This document shows positions 39,708 to 48,624 of a stretch of 64,000 nt of DNA, piece by piece. The translations under genes and the position numbers were made by a program. Position 1 is the stretch's first letter. The number at the start of each line of letters is the position of its first letter. Source of the DNA: Rariglobus sp. (GTDB lineage Bacteria > Verrucomicrobiota > Verrucomicrobiia > Opitutales > Opitutaceae); contig JBILBW010000001.1 in assembly GCA_044353465.1 (NCBI GenBank), positions 20,494 through 84,493 of the forward strand, in the 5' to 3' direction. Below the pieces are notes generated by a model. The model worked only from the letters and a program-made list of their open reading frames with translations. It was not told where the DNA came from and searched no databases.

Positions 39708-39801
39708 CAGAGGGCACTGGAGGTGGCACAGAGGTCACGGAGAGTTCGATCCCTGTAGCTCCTTTACTCCGTGCGCGCTGTGCCACCTCTTGTGCCCTCT
39801 G
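39708..39801. repeat. Long inverted repeat (24-nt arms, 22/24 complementary, 46-nt spacer)
   Basis: cagagggcactggaggtggcacag (39708-39731) pairs with ctgtgccacctcttgtgccctctg (39778-39801). An inner cacggag/ctccgtg pairing is also present. Confidence 0.8.
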
Positions 39802-39822
39802 CGTACCGGGTTTGGTTCTTCC

Positions 39823-41748
39823 TTAGACTCCCGCCTTCTTTTCGATCTTCACCGGCAGGGCGCGGGTTTTGATCTCGTTGACCAGGCGGGCGAGGTATTC
39901 ATCGAAGGGCAGGGTGCCTTCATCGCCCTTGGCGCGACTGCGCACGCTGACCGATTTCGTCTCCGCTTCCTTAGCGCCGAGCACGAGCATGTAGGGGACT
40001 TTTTCCAGTTCGGCGCGGCGGAGCTTGGCACCGAGCTTTTCATTGCGGTCGTCGAGAGTGGCGCGCACGCCGGCCTGACGGAGTTGAGCGAGCAGCTCGG
40101 GGCCGTAATCGCCAATCTTGTCGTTGATCGGGGCCAGGCGCACCTGCTCGGGTGCGAGCCACACCGGGAAGTCGCCGGCGAAATGTTCGATCAGCACGCC
40201 GCAGAAGCGCTCCATCGAGCCGAAGGGCGCGCGGTGAATCATCACCGGGCGGTGCTTTTCGTTGTCCGCGCCGATGTAGGAGAGATCGAAACGCACGGGG
40301 AGCACGTAGTCGACCTGCACGGTGCCCAACTGCCACTCGCGGCCGATCACGTCTTTGATGACGAAGTCGATCTTCGGGCCGTAGAAGGCGGCCTCGCCGG
40401 GTTCTTCGGTGAAAGGAACTCCGAGGGTGGCGGCGGCGTTGCGGCAGGCGGCCTCGGCGATGTCCCATTGTTCGGGATTACCGGCGAACTTTTTACCGTC
40501 GGGATCGCGCAGACCGACGCGCACCCGGTAGTCGGCCATGCCGAGCGTGGAGAGCACGGTTTTCACCAACGAGAGACAGCCCTGGACCTCGGCGGCGACC
40601 TGCTCCTCGGTGCAGAACAGGTGGGCGTCGTCCTGGGTGAAACCGCGCACGCGGGTCATGCCGTTCAACTCGCCGGACTGCTCCCAGCGGTACACGGTGC
40701 CGAACTCGGCCAGACGCACCGGCAGGTCGCGGTAAGAGTGCGGCTGCGAAGCGAAGATCTTGATGTGATGCGGGCAGTTCATCGGCTTCAGCATGAAACC
40801 GTCGAGCAGCTTGGTCGGGTCCATCACGCGGTCAGCGGTGATCATTTCCTTGCCGACGCGTTCGTTGAGGGCGGCGGCGAAGGGCGCGGAAACGGCCTCG
40901 AGGCGGGCGGTCATCTCGGCGCAGCCACAGCCTTCGCTGGCGATCTGGGCGAGCTGGTCGGGCTCGGGGATGGCGGGGAATTGCGACTCCTTGTAATAGG
41001 GGAAGTGGCCCGAGGTTTTGTAGAGCGCGAGCTTGCCGATGTGCGGGGTGAAAACCTGCGAATAACCCTGCTTGCGCAGCTCGTCGCTGATGAAGTTTTG
41101 CAGCTCTTGGCGCAGGATGGCGCCGTTGGGCGTCCACAGGATCAGGCCCTGGCCGACGTCTTCGTCGATGTGGAACAGCTTGAGGTCGCGGCCGAGTTTG
41201 CGGTGGTCGCGCAGTTTGGCCTGCTCGATGCGTTCGAGGTACTGGGCGAGTTCTTCCTTGGTCGGGAAGGCGGTGCCGTAGATGCGCTGGAGCTGCTTGT
41301 TCTTCTCGTCGCCGCGGTGGTAGGCACCGGCGATGGAGAGCAGCTTAAAAGCTTTGAACTTGGAGGAGTAGCGGATGTGCGAGCCGGCGCACAGGTCCAT
41401 GAATTCGCCGTTCTGGTAGAAGGAGATTTTTTCGCCCTCGGGAATGTCGGCGAGGCGGCCGAGTTTGTAACGCTCCTGGCCGCGCGACTTGATGATCTCG
41501 GCGGCCTCTTCGCGGGAAACTTCCTTGCGGATGAAGGCCTGGTTTTCCTCGGCGATTTTCTTCATCTCGGCCTCGATTTTGGGCAGGTCCTCGAGGGTGA
41601 GTTTCTGGTCGAGATCGATGTCGTAATAAAAGCCGGTGTCGGTGGGCGGTCCGATGTCGAGCTTGGCATCGGGATAGATGCGGAGGATGGCGGTGGCCAG
41701 AATGTGGGAGCCGGAGTGGCGGAGTTCTTCGAGAGGAGACATCGACAT
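39823..41748 (-). CDS. thrS: Threonine--tRNA ligase
   Basis: The 641-aa protein shows class II motifs and ThrRS signatures (HSGSHILA, FRDLPVRLAEFGTVYR, RGFTQDDAH, HRAPFGSMERF). Confidence 0.95.
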   Translation of the reverse strand: MSMSPLEELRHSGSHILATAILRIYPDAKLDIGPPTDTGFYYDIDLDQKLTLEDLPKIEAEMKKIAEENQAFIRKEVSREEAAEIIKSRGQERYKLGRLADIPEGEKISFYQNGEFMDLCAGSHIRYSSKFKAFKLLSIAGAYHRGDEKNKQLQRIYGTAFPTKEELAQYLERIEQAKLRDHRKLGRDLKLFHIDEDVGQGLILWTPNGAILRQELQNFISDELRKQGYSQVFTPHIGKLALYKTSGHFPYYKESQFPAIPEPDQLAQIASEGCGCAEMTARLEAVSAPFAAALNERVGKEMITADRVMDPTKLLDGFMLKPMNCPHHIKIFASQPHSYRDLPVRLAEFGTVYRWEQSGELNGMTRVRGFTQDDAHLFCTEEQVAAEVQGCLSLVKTVLSTLGMADYRVRVGLRDPDGKKFAGNPEQWDIAEAACRNAAATLGVPFTEEPGEAAFYGPKIDFVIKDVIGREWQLGTVQVDYVLPVRFDLSYIGADNEKHRPVMIHRAPFGSMERFCGVLIEHFAGDFPVWLAPEQVRLAPINDKIGDYGPELLAQLRQAGVRATLDDRNEKLGAKLRRAELEKVPYMLVLGAKEAETKSVSVRSRAKGDEGTLPFDEYLARLVNEIKTRALPVKIEKKAGV

Positions 41749-41875
41749 GGTAAATGGGGATTCGGAGTTGTTAACCGCGAAGGTCGCGAAGAGGCGCGAA
41801 GAGCGGAAGGGAAGACGTTAGGGCGTTAACGGGTTTCGACGTTGCGTGTGTTTGCGCTGCGTCGCGGTACAGGGT

Positions 41876-43249
41876 TTATTTAACGGGTTCGAGGGCGAAA
41901 CCGTCCTTGCGGTCGAGCATCGACCAGCCGGCGGCGGTGAGCTCTTTGCGCAGGGCGTCGGCGCCGGCGAAATCCTTGGCCTGCTTCGCCGCCCAGCGTT
42001 TTTCGGCGAGGGCGGTGATCTCGGCGGGGATTTCGGTTTTGGCGACGACCGGTTCGGTCAGGTCCAAGCCGAGGGCAAAGAGTACGCGCTCGAAGGCTGC
42101 CGGGCTGCTGTCGGTCGCACCACGGTTGATGATCGTAAACAGCGCGCCGAAGGCTCCGGGGGTGTTGAGGTCGTCTTGCAGCGAGGCGAAGACCGGCCCG
42201 AATGGATCGGCGGTGCCGGCCGGAGTGAGCTGGGCGCGGAAGGCGCGCAGGGTTTTGAGCGCACTCTCGGCGGCGTGAAGCGAGTCGAGGGTGAAGTTGA
42301 GCTGCTTGCGCGGGTGGCCGCAGAGCAGGGCGTAACGGAGCGCGGCGGGGGTGAAGCCCTTGGCCTTGAGGTCGTCGAGGGTGTAGAGGTTGCCCAGCGA
42401 CTTGCTCATCTTTTTGCCGTCCACGAGCAGGTGCTCGCTGTGGTACCAGTGGCGGGCAAAGGTCGTGCCGTTGCAGCATTGGCTTTGGGCGATCTCGTTT
42501 TCGTGGTGGGGAAAAAGCAGGTCCACCCCGCCGGTGTGCAGGTCGATGGTCGGGCCAAGCAACGCCTTGCTCATGGCGCTGCACTCGATGTGCCAGCCGG
42601 GGCGGCCCTCGGCCGCGCCGTCAGGGCCGGGCCATTTGACGTCGCCGTCCTCGGGCTTGTGCGCCTTCCACAGCGCGAAATCGCTCACGTCTTCCTTTTC
42701 GTCGGCATCGGCTGTGGCCGACTTGAGCGTGGCACCGACCTGAAGCTCGCGTTCCTTGACCCGGGAAAGCGCGCCGTAGTTGGGGTAGGAGGCGACTTTG
42801 AAATAAACCGAACCGTCGGCGGCGCGGTAGGCGTTACCCTTTTCCATCAGCACCTCGATCATGTTGACCTGTTCGCGGATGAAACGCGGGTCGGCGGCGC
42901 GGGGTTCGTCGTGGGGCGGCAGGCAGTTGAGCGCGGCGCAGTCGGCGTGGAATTTTTCGGTCCACTGGCGGGTGACCTCGGCGAGCGGGCGGCCCTCTTC
43001 GCGGGAGCGGCGGATGGTCTTGTCGTCGACGTCGGTGAGGTTGCGCACGTGGTGAACCTTGTTTTGGCCGAACTCGAGTTCGAGCAGGCGGCGAAGCAGG
43101 TCATTGACCACGAAGGTGCGGAAGTTGCCGATGTGCGCGGCGGCGTAGACGGTGGGCCCGCAGTTATAAAAGCGGAAAACCCCGTCGGGCTGCGAGGGGA
43201 GGAGTTCGCGGGCCTCGCGGGTGAGCGAGTCGTGGAGCTTGATGGCCAT
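41876..43249 (-). CDS. cysS: Cysteine--tRNA ligase
   Basis: The start is at MAIKLHDSLTRE. HIGN (AAHIGNFRTF) and KMSKS (KKMSKSLGN) are present. The track start at 43381 adds an implausible extension. Confidence 0.95.
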   Translation of the reverse strand: MAIKLHDSLTREARELLPSQPDGVFRFYNCGPTVYAAAHIGNFRTFVVNDLLRRLLELEFGQNKVHHVRNLTDVDDKTIRRSREEGRPLAEVTRQWTEKFHADCAALNCLPPHDEPRAADPRFIREQVNMIEVLMEKGNAYRAADGSVYFKVASYPNYGALSRVKERELQVGATLKSATADADEKEDVSDFALWKAHKPEDGDVKWPGPDGAAEGRPGWHIECSAMSKALLGPTIDLHTGGVDLLFPHHENEIAQSQCCNGTTFARHWYHSEHLLVDGKKMSKSLGNLYTLDDLKAKGFTPAALRYALLCGHPRKQLNFTLDSLHAAESALKTLRAFRAQLTPAGTADPFGPVFASLQDDLNTPGAFGALFTIINRGATDSSPAAFERVLFALGLDLTEPVVAKTEIPAEITALAEKRWAAKQAKDFAGADALRKELTAAGWSMLDRKDGFALEPVK

Positions 43250-43382
43250 GGAAAAGGGAAAGTAGTGGGTAACAGGTTTCGCAGGGCGGCGGAAAGGTGT
43301 TTTTTGGGCCGCCTTCGCGTTTTGTCCAAGGTAACCGCCCGGTCTTCCGTCATGGGGGAGTTCGGAGGCGGATTTGTTCACA

Positions 43383-44138
43383 TCAACTATCCGCCATGCG
43401 CTTCCGATTTTTAGTTTTACGGCGTCCCTGCAGCAAGGGATTCCAACTAAACCCGAGCTGGTTCAGGCGCTCAATTCGTTCAGGCGATAACTTGTTCTTT
43501 GCTGTCCTCTGCTTCGAAACCCACGCGCCCAATTTTAGGCCGTCTTCTTGATGAGAAGTGGCGACGCGACAATGCCCCTCACGCTGATTGAACCGCTCCA
43601 AAGCAGCAAAGTGGGATTCCCAATTTTCAGCCAAGGGATCCCATCTGAACCCGAGCTGGTTCAGGCGCTCAATTCGTTCAGGAGATAGCTTGTTTTTTGC
43701 TGCCCTCTGATTCGAAACCCACGCGCCCAATTTTAGGCCGTCTTCTTGATGAGAAGTGGCGACGTGACAATGCCCCTCACGCTGCTTGAACCGCTCCAAG
43801 GCAGCAAAGTTGATTTCCCAATTTCCAGCCAAGGGATCCCATCTGAATCCGAGTTGGTTCAGGCGCTCAATTTGTTCAGGTGATAGCGTTTTCTTTCCTT
43901 TCCTCTGTTTCCAAACCCAAGAGGGCAATTCTAGGCCGTCTTCTTGATGTCCCTGCGGAACGCGACAATGCCCCTCGCGCTGCTTGAACCGCTCCAAGGC
44001 TGCAAAGTTGACTTCCCAATTTCCAGCCAAGAGATCCCATCTGTAACCGAGCTGGTTTAGACGCTCAATTCGTTCGGGCGACAGTGTATCTTTCTTGGCC
44101 CTTAGATTCCGAGCCCAATCGCCCACTTTCCCATACAC
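43383..44138 (-). CDS. Helicase-associated (HA) domain repeat ORF, beginning mid-repeat
   Basis: Three full repeats and one partial repeat of 66 aa are present (W..F..L..F..REGHC.V......DG..LG.WV..QR......LS.ERIERLNQLGF). The only start is a GTG at 44138. The ORF overlaps the upstream helicase-fragment ORF in the -1 frame. Confidence 0.7.
   Translation of the reverse strand: MYGKVGDWARNLRAKKDTLSPERIERLNQLGYRWDLLAGNWEVNFAALERFKQREGHCRVPQGHQEDGLELPSWVWKQRKGKKTLSPEQIERLNQLGFRWDPLAGNWEINFAALERFKQREGHCHVATSHQEDGLKLGAWVSNQRAAKNKLSPERIERLNQLGFRWDPLAENWESHFAALERFNQREGHCRVATSHQEDGLKLGAWVSKQRTAKNKLSPERIERLNQLGFSWNPLLQGRRKTKNRKRMADS
43449..44132. repeat. 198-bp tandem repeat, about 3.5 copies
   Basis: cccgagctggttcaggcgctcaatt recurs at 43452, 43650, about 43848 and about 44046. 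The first two copies differ at about 13 of 198 positions. Confidence 0.85.
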
Positions 44139-45319
44139 CTCTCATCACTCATCGAGACCGTGCTAAAATCACCGTCCTTGTCCCGCTTGCGCAGATCGTA
44201 GTGACGCGGCGTGGCTGTCAGAAACAGCCGCTTTTTTATCAGAATATTTTCATCTCTAAGACCAAAGGCGAAGAGACCTTCTTTGGGCCCCGTCGTTTTG
44301 TGCGCCTCATCGAAGACACCAAAATCGATTGCCGCTCCGTTTAATCCCGCCGCCACCACCTCGGCCGATTGATAAGTGGAAAAAATGACATTAACGCCCG
44401 TGGGATTAGCCGCCAAAAATCCCTGAACCCGTTTTGCCTCAGTTGTAACTGTAAACTCCAAGTCCGATTGCCTGAGTGCGTACTCGTCGTTTTGAGCCGA
44501 TTGATCTAAGCTGGCATCCGAGCAAACGCACAAATAACGAAAACGATCGCCCCATTTCGATTGTCGGCACCACTCGGGCAGAGTCTGTGAAAGCAGGGCG
44601 AGTGAAGGCACAAGCACCAACACCGTCTTTGGTTCCAGCGCTTCCGCCACCCAAAGCGCAACGAGCGTTTTCCCTGTGCCACATGCCATGACGGCGGTGG
44701 CCCTGCTCGCATGCTGCAATTCTGCAGTAATTGCTTCGATGGCGTTGCTCTGATGTGGCTTGGGCTCCCAGCGCGACGGCTCCTTTTTTCTATCACAAAG
44801 CCAAGCGTGGATGCGGCTGAAGTCTTCTTCCCCCAATTCATGGAACTGTGCGGCACGAACGCTACGTAGACCTTTTCGATTGATGATGTCGCCTGCCATG
44901 CCACGGGCGTTGGTGAAGATGACGCGATCCTGCAGTGACTCCTCTGTCACGCCCAGGAACGAGCTGACTTCAGTGTAAGACAAGGTGTCTTTGTCGGTCC
45001 GGTACTTGGCTTGATAGGGGATTAAAATTCCCGCCGCATCCTGATAAACGCCGTCGATTCCCTTGGAATCCGCAGGCAAGTTTAAGCGTGACCTGATGCT
45101 TAACGGCACATTTCCCACCAGCCAAACTTCTTTGGCCCTTAAAACAGGGTCTAAGTGTAAATACGCCTCCACCAAAATTTCGAACGCATCACCGACTTCC
45201 TTGGTGTTGCTTAGCGTCACCGTGCGCGCCTCAAAATCACGAAACGACTTTAGCCCCTCAAAGAATCCTTTTCTGAGAAAGGCGGACGCTTCTTTATGTT
45301 TTGATGGCACGGTACGCAC
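44102..45319 (-). CDS. PD-(D/E)xK-like nuclease domain plus SF2 helicase N-lobe only (truncated relative to family)
   Basis: The nuclease-like part reads GDAFEILVEAYL...KGIDGVY...YQAKY. Helicase motifs I (ACGTGKT), II (DEAH) and III (TATP) follow. No helicase C-lobe (motifs IV-VI) comes before the stop. Confidence 0.7.
   Translation of the reverse strand: MRTVPSKHKEASAFLRKGFFEGLKSFRDFEARTVTLSNTKEVGDAFEILVEAYLHLDPVLRAKEVWLVGNVPLSIRSRLNLPADSKGIDGVYQDAAGILIPYQAKYRTDKDTLSYTEVSSFLGVTEESLQDRVIFTNARGMAGDIINRKGLRSVRAAQFHELGEEDFSRIHAWLCDRKKEPSRWEPKPHQSNAIEAITAELQHASRATAVMACGTGKTLVALWVAEALEPKTVLVLVPSLALLSQTLPEWCRQSKWGDRFRYLCVCSDASLDQSAQNDEYALRQSDLEFTVTTEAKRVQGFLAANPTGVNVIFSTYQSAEVVAAGLNGAAIDFGVFDEAHKTTGPKEGLFAFGLRDENILIKKRLFLTATPRHYDLRKRDKDGDFSTVSMSDERCMGKWAIGLGI
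44126..44132 (-). other. Canonical -1 slippery heptamer G_GGA_AAG in the overlap of the two ORFs
   Basis: The minus-strand zero frame reads atG GGA AAG tgg. A -1 slip gives GGG AAA GTG GGC, which is exactly the frame of the HA-repeat ORF. Confidence 0.5.
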
Positions 45320-45660
45320 CCAATCTCATTTAAGCCTGATCTGACAAATTCGAATTAGTTGCCCCAAATATTTAGCAGCGCCGATTCGTAGCGGGACGTT
45401 TATCGAGGTAAGGGGGCGGAGCTGGCGACGGTCATGATTTTCAGATATGTGGGCGATAAAGTCGTAGGTACAAAGGTGGAGTTTCTGGTGGCGTTGACCG
45501 CGCCTGTGAATGAACAGGCTGTTGGACTAGCGTTTGATCCCGGACACGCAGCGGGGATTTCTTGGCTGAACTTTCAAAAACGGGGATGATCCCTGTTTTG
45601 GCTATCTGCAAAAATCGGTTGGCGCGCCGAGTGACTCCCTGTTGGGTTGGTTTCCCTAAA

Positions 45661-46668
45661 ATGGCTTTATTCCAACTCGACCTCATCCACCGTCCCCGTC
45701 GTCTCCGTCGTAACGCCACCGTGCGGTCCCTCGTCGAGGAAACCACCCTGCGGCCGGCTGATTTTATCGCGCCGTTGTTTGTGGTCGAGGGGACGGGCGC
45801 GCCCGAGCCGATCGCCTCCATGACCGGGGTGTTCCGCTACGCTATCGCCGACCTGGTCAAGGAGTGCCGCGAACTGGCGCAACTCGGGGTGCCGGCGGTG
45901 GCCCTGTTTCCCAAGTTGGACAAAGCGTTTAAGGACGAAGTCGGCACCGCCGCTTTGGCCCCGGACGCGCTGATTCTGCGGGCGGTACGGGCGGTCAAAC
46001 AGGCCGTGCCTGACATGGTGATCATGACCGACATCGCCCTCGATCCCTACACGACGCACGGCCACGACGGCGTGCTTAGCGCCGACGGCCGCGACGTGGC
46101 CAATGATGCCACGGTGGAGATTTTGGTGAAAATGGCGGTGCTGCACGCCCAGGCCGGGGTGGATTTTGTCGCCCCCTCCGACATGATGGACGGGCGCATC
46201 GGGGCGATCCGCCGCGCGCTCGACGCGGCTGGCTGCACGCAGACGGCGATCATGGCCTATTCGGCAAAGTTTGCCTCGGCGTATTACGGGCCGTTTCGCG
46301 ACGCGGTCGGCAGCGCCTCGGCCGCCGGCACCCACCTGTTGGATAAACGCACCTACCAGCTCAACCCGGCCAACCGCCGCGAGGCCCTGGCCGAGATCGC
46401 CCTCGACGAGGCCGAGGGCGCGGACGTGCTCATGGTGAAACCGGCCGGCGCTTATTTGGACATCATCCGCGAGGTCCGCGAGGCGACCCGCAAGCCGGTG
46501 GCCGCCTACCAGGTGTCGGGGGAATACGCGCAAATCCAAGCGGCGGCCCAGCTCGGCTGGCTGGATCTGGCGCGCACCCGCCACGAGTCGCTGCTGGCGA
46601 TCAAACGCGCGGGGGCCGACATGATTTTAACCTATTTCGCCAAGGAAATGGCGGCGGCGCTCCGGTAG
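45661..46668 (+). CDS. hemB: Porphobilinogen synthase (delta-aminolevulinate dehydratase)
   Basis: The start is at MALFQLDLIHRPRRLRRN. The active-site region APSDMMDGR and YQVSGEY are present. DIALDPYTTHGHDG indicates the Asp-rich (non-Cys) metal-site type. Confidence 0.95.
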   Translation: MALFQLDLIHRPRRLRRNATVRSLVEETTLRPADFIAPLFVVEGTGAPEPIASMTGVFRYAIADLVKECRELAQLGVPAVALFPKLDKAFKDEVGTAALAPDALILRAVRAVKQAVPDMVIMTDIALDPYTTHGHDGVLSADGRDVANDATVEILVKMAVLHAQAGVDFVAPSDMMDGRIGAIRRALDAAGCTQTAIMAYSAKFASAYYGPFRDAVGSASAAGTHLLDKRTYQLNPANRREALAEIALDEAEGADVLMVKPAGAYLDIIREVREATRKPVAAYQVSGEYAQIQAAAQLGWLDLARTRHESLLAIKRAGADMILTYFAKEMAAALR

Positions 46669-46749
46669 GATTTACCGCGAGGCGCGGGCGCGGGCCAGCG
46701 GCTTGGGCCTTGTGCTCGATGGGCGCGGCGGCGTTTATGGTTTTAAATT

Positions 46750-47502
46750 ATGTGCGCCGCATTTTCACCGGAGGAAGACACGTTGTTCGAAAAGACCGGG
46801 GCGGCCGTGCTCAAGCGCCTGCGCAAGACGCGCAATCCGGGCGAGCTGCTGGCGGCGGTGGCCAGCACGCATAAGGAGTTTGACCGCGCCTTTGCCGCGG
46901 CTCCCGCTGAAGCCTAGACAGCGGTCGCCTGCCGGGCGGGCTGTGCCGCGTGTTGCCACGTGCCGGTGGGGGTACAGGCCCACGAGGTGCTGATCGCCGC
47001 CCGTCACGTGCAGACCCATTTTTCGCCCGCCCAGCTCGATGAACTGATCGCGCGGGCGGCCGTCCACCGGGCGGCGTTTTCCGGGCGGTCCAACCCCGAG
47101 CGGACGTCGCTGAAAACGCCCTGCGTGCTGCTGGCTTCCGGGAGTTGTTCGATCTACGAGGCTCGGCCCGAGGCCTGCCGTTCTCACCACAGTCACAATG
47201 CCGAGGCCTGCCAGACGAATCTGGCGCGCGGGAATGAGGACCTCGACGTGTACATTCCCGGGGTACGCGGGCGGATGTTTGCGGTTATGCTGGCGATGGA
47301 TCAGGCGGTGGTGGAGGCGGGGTTTGACGGCCGCGCGTATGATTTTGGCTCCGCCTTGCATGAGGCACTCACCAACAGCCTGTGCGCGGTGCGCTGGGTT
47401 CAGCGCCAGGAAGCCTTTCCTGAAGCATGCCGTGAAGCCGCGGACGCGGACGATGACGCCGACTCCGGGGTGCTGCACGCCGAAGGGTATTTTCAGGGCT
47501 GA
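46750..47502 (+). pseudogene. YkgJ/CxxCxxCC-family (zinc/iron-chelating domain) gene interrupted by in-frame TAG at 46915-46917
   Basis: ATG 46750 opens 55 codons, then TAG, then the same frame continues as TAVACRAGCAACCHVPV...CVLLASGSCSIYEARPEACR. The family Cys cluster lies between the TAG and the first possible restart, GTG 46960. Confidence 0.6.
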
Positions 47503-47683
47503 TTGAGGGCCGGGGAGTTCCGGGTCCGAGGAGCCGAAGTGGGGGGGCGGCAGCAACGGCTGCCGGTAAAAAAGCTAGTGGGGTCGAGGGCCCTCGGAGT
47601 GGTTTATTATCAGACATTATATTCATCGCGGCCGGCTTCGGATGAACGCGGATGGGGTAACGTAGTGCCCATCCCTTTTGCGA

Positions 47684-47914
47684 ATGTCCTCCCTGATGAG
47701 ATTTTGTCTGGTGCTCCTGTGCTTGCTCGGGCCCTTGATTGCCCTGCTTGCGTTGCTGCCCTTGGCCATCAGTGCAAAGCAGAGAGCGGTTCGCAATTCC
47801 GCTCAAGAGGAACGGGTCGTGGAAGCCGGCAGGACTGCGAATTCGAAGGTGGAAATCTCGGATTCGCAAACCTCAGGAGCCCAGGGCGGTGGGCGAGTCG
47901 ACGGCGGCGATTGA
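47684..47914 (+). CDS. Possible small membrane or secreted protein (speculative)
   Basis: The 76-aa ORF has a hydrophobic N-terminus (MSSLMRFCLVLLCLLGPLIALLALLPLAISA). The local GC is lower than the surroundings and no homology is recognised. Confidence 0.3.
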   Translation: MSSLMRFCLVLLCLLGPLIALLALLPLAISAKQRAVRNSAQEERVVEAGRTANSKVEISDSQTSGAQGGGRVDGGD

Positions 47915-47984
47915 CTCTTCGCTTTGCGATTTCGGATTTGAGATGGGTGAAGTCGTCGGGTTGCTGGCGGGTTGCGGCAGGTAT

Positions 47985-48028
47985 GGGGAATCTCAGATTT
48001 CAGATTTGAGGTTTCCGATTTGACATTT
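47985..48028. repeat. Short degenerate TCAGATTT/GATTTGA word cluster
   Basis: The sequence is gaatctcagatttcagatttgaggtttccgatttgacattt. Related words occur at 47850-47870 and 47926-47945. Confidence 0.7.
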
Positions 48029-48036
48029 AGCCCCGC

Positions 48037-48564
48037 TCAGCGCGCGGGGGGGTGCGGTCGGCAGGGGTGGCCAGCTGGAAGGTGTTGGGCGAGGAGTTGC
48101 TGGAATGGTGCGGCCCCCGTCTCGCGGGCCCTCTGCTTTTGGTAATCGGCCCGGCTTTGGTCGTTAAGATGGCGCGGTCCGGCGATGCCCGAGTTTTGCA
48201 GCGATTGCGTCCACGCGCCCAACTGCCGCGAGCAGCTTTCGGCCGTGACCTTCAACTGCGTGATTCTCGGTTTGAGGTGAGCCAGTTTTGGGCGCCGTTC
48301 GAAGTAGCAGAGCATTGAGCGCACTTCGCCCGCGGAACCTCGCGCAATGTAGAGAAAGGCCAGCAGCTCATTGGTGGTGCCGCGTTCGAACCCTTCGGCA
48401 ATGTTGTTGGATACCGAGAGCGAGGCGCGGTCGATCTGGTCGCGCTTGGACCCCGTGAGTCGGTCTTTGGCTTCGTCGAGAAAATCCTCGCACCGCTCGG
48501 CGAGAATGATCGCCTCCTGCCAAACCGGCAGCTCCTCGAATCGTTGATAGGTTGGCATGCCCAT
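48037..48564 (-). CDS. Four-helix-bundle protein (23S rRNA intervening-sequence protein family)
   Basis: The start is at MGMPTYQRFEELPVWQEA. SNNIAEGFERGT....LAFLYIARGSAGEVRS is the family signature. The 5' extension in the track is translation of the repeat array. Confidence 0.8.
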   Translation of the reverse strand: MGMPTYQRFEELPVWQEAIILAERCEDFLDEAKDRLTGSKRDQIDRASLSVSNNIAEGFERGTTNELLAFLYIARGSAGEVRSMLCYFERRPKLAHLKPRITQLKVTAESCSRQLGAWTQSLQNSGIAGPRHLNDQSRADYQKQRARETGAAPFQQLLAQHLPAGHPCRPHPPAR

Positions 48565-48624
48565 GCTGACCCGAAATCCACCGGCTGGTTGAGTGGCGAA
48601 ACGGCAAATCTTAAAAATCCTAAG

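Noticed and set aside
39735-39775. The sequence gagttcgatccctg resembles a tRNA T-loop, which could indicate a tRNA or tRNA fragment.
   Set aside because: The flanking bases do not form a T-stem. No acceptor, D or anticodon arms can be drawn on either strand. The sequence sits in the loop of the long inverted repeat.
45575-45600. A hairpin (acggggat/atccctgt) with flanking A and T runs lies upstream of hemB and could be a terminator or attenuator.
   Set aside because: The stem has a mismatch and is short, and no upstream gene on either strand would need termination here. The evidence is insufficient.
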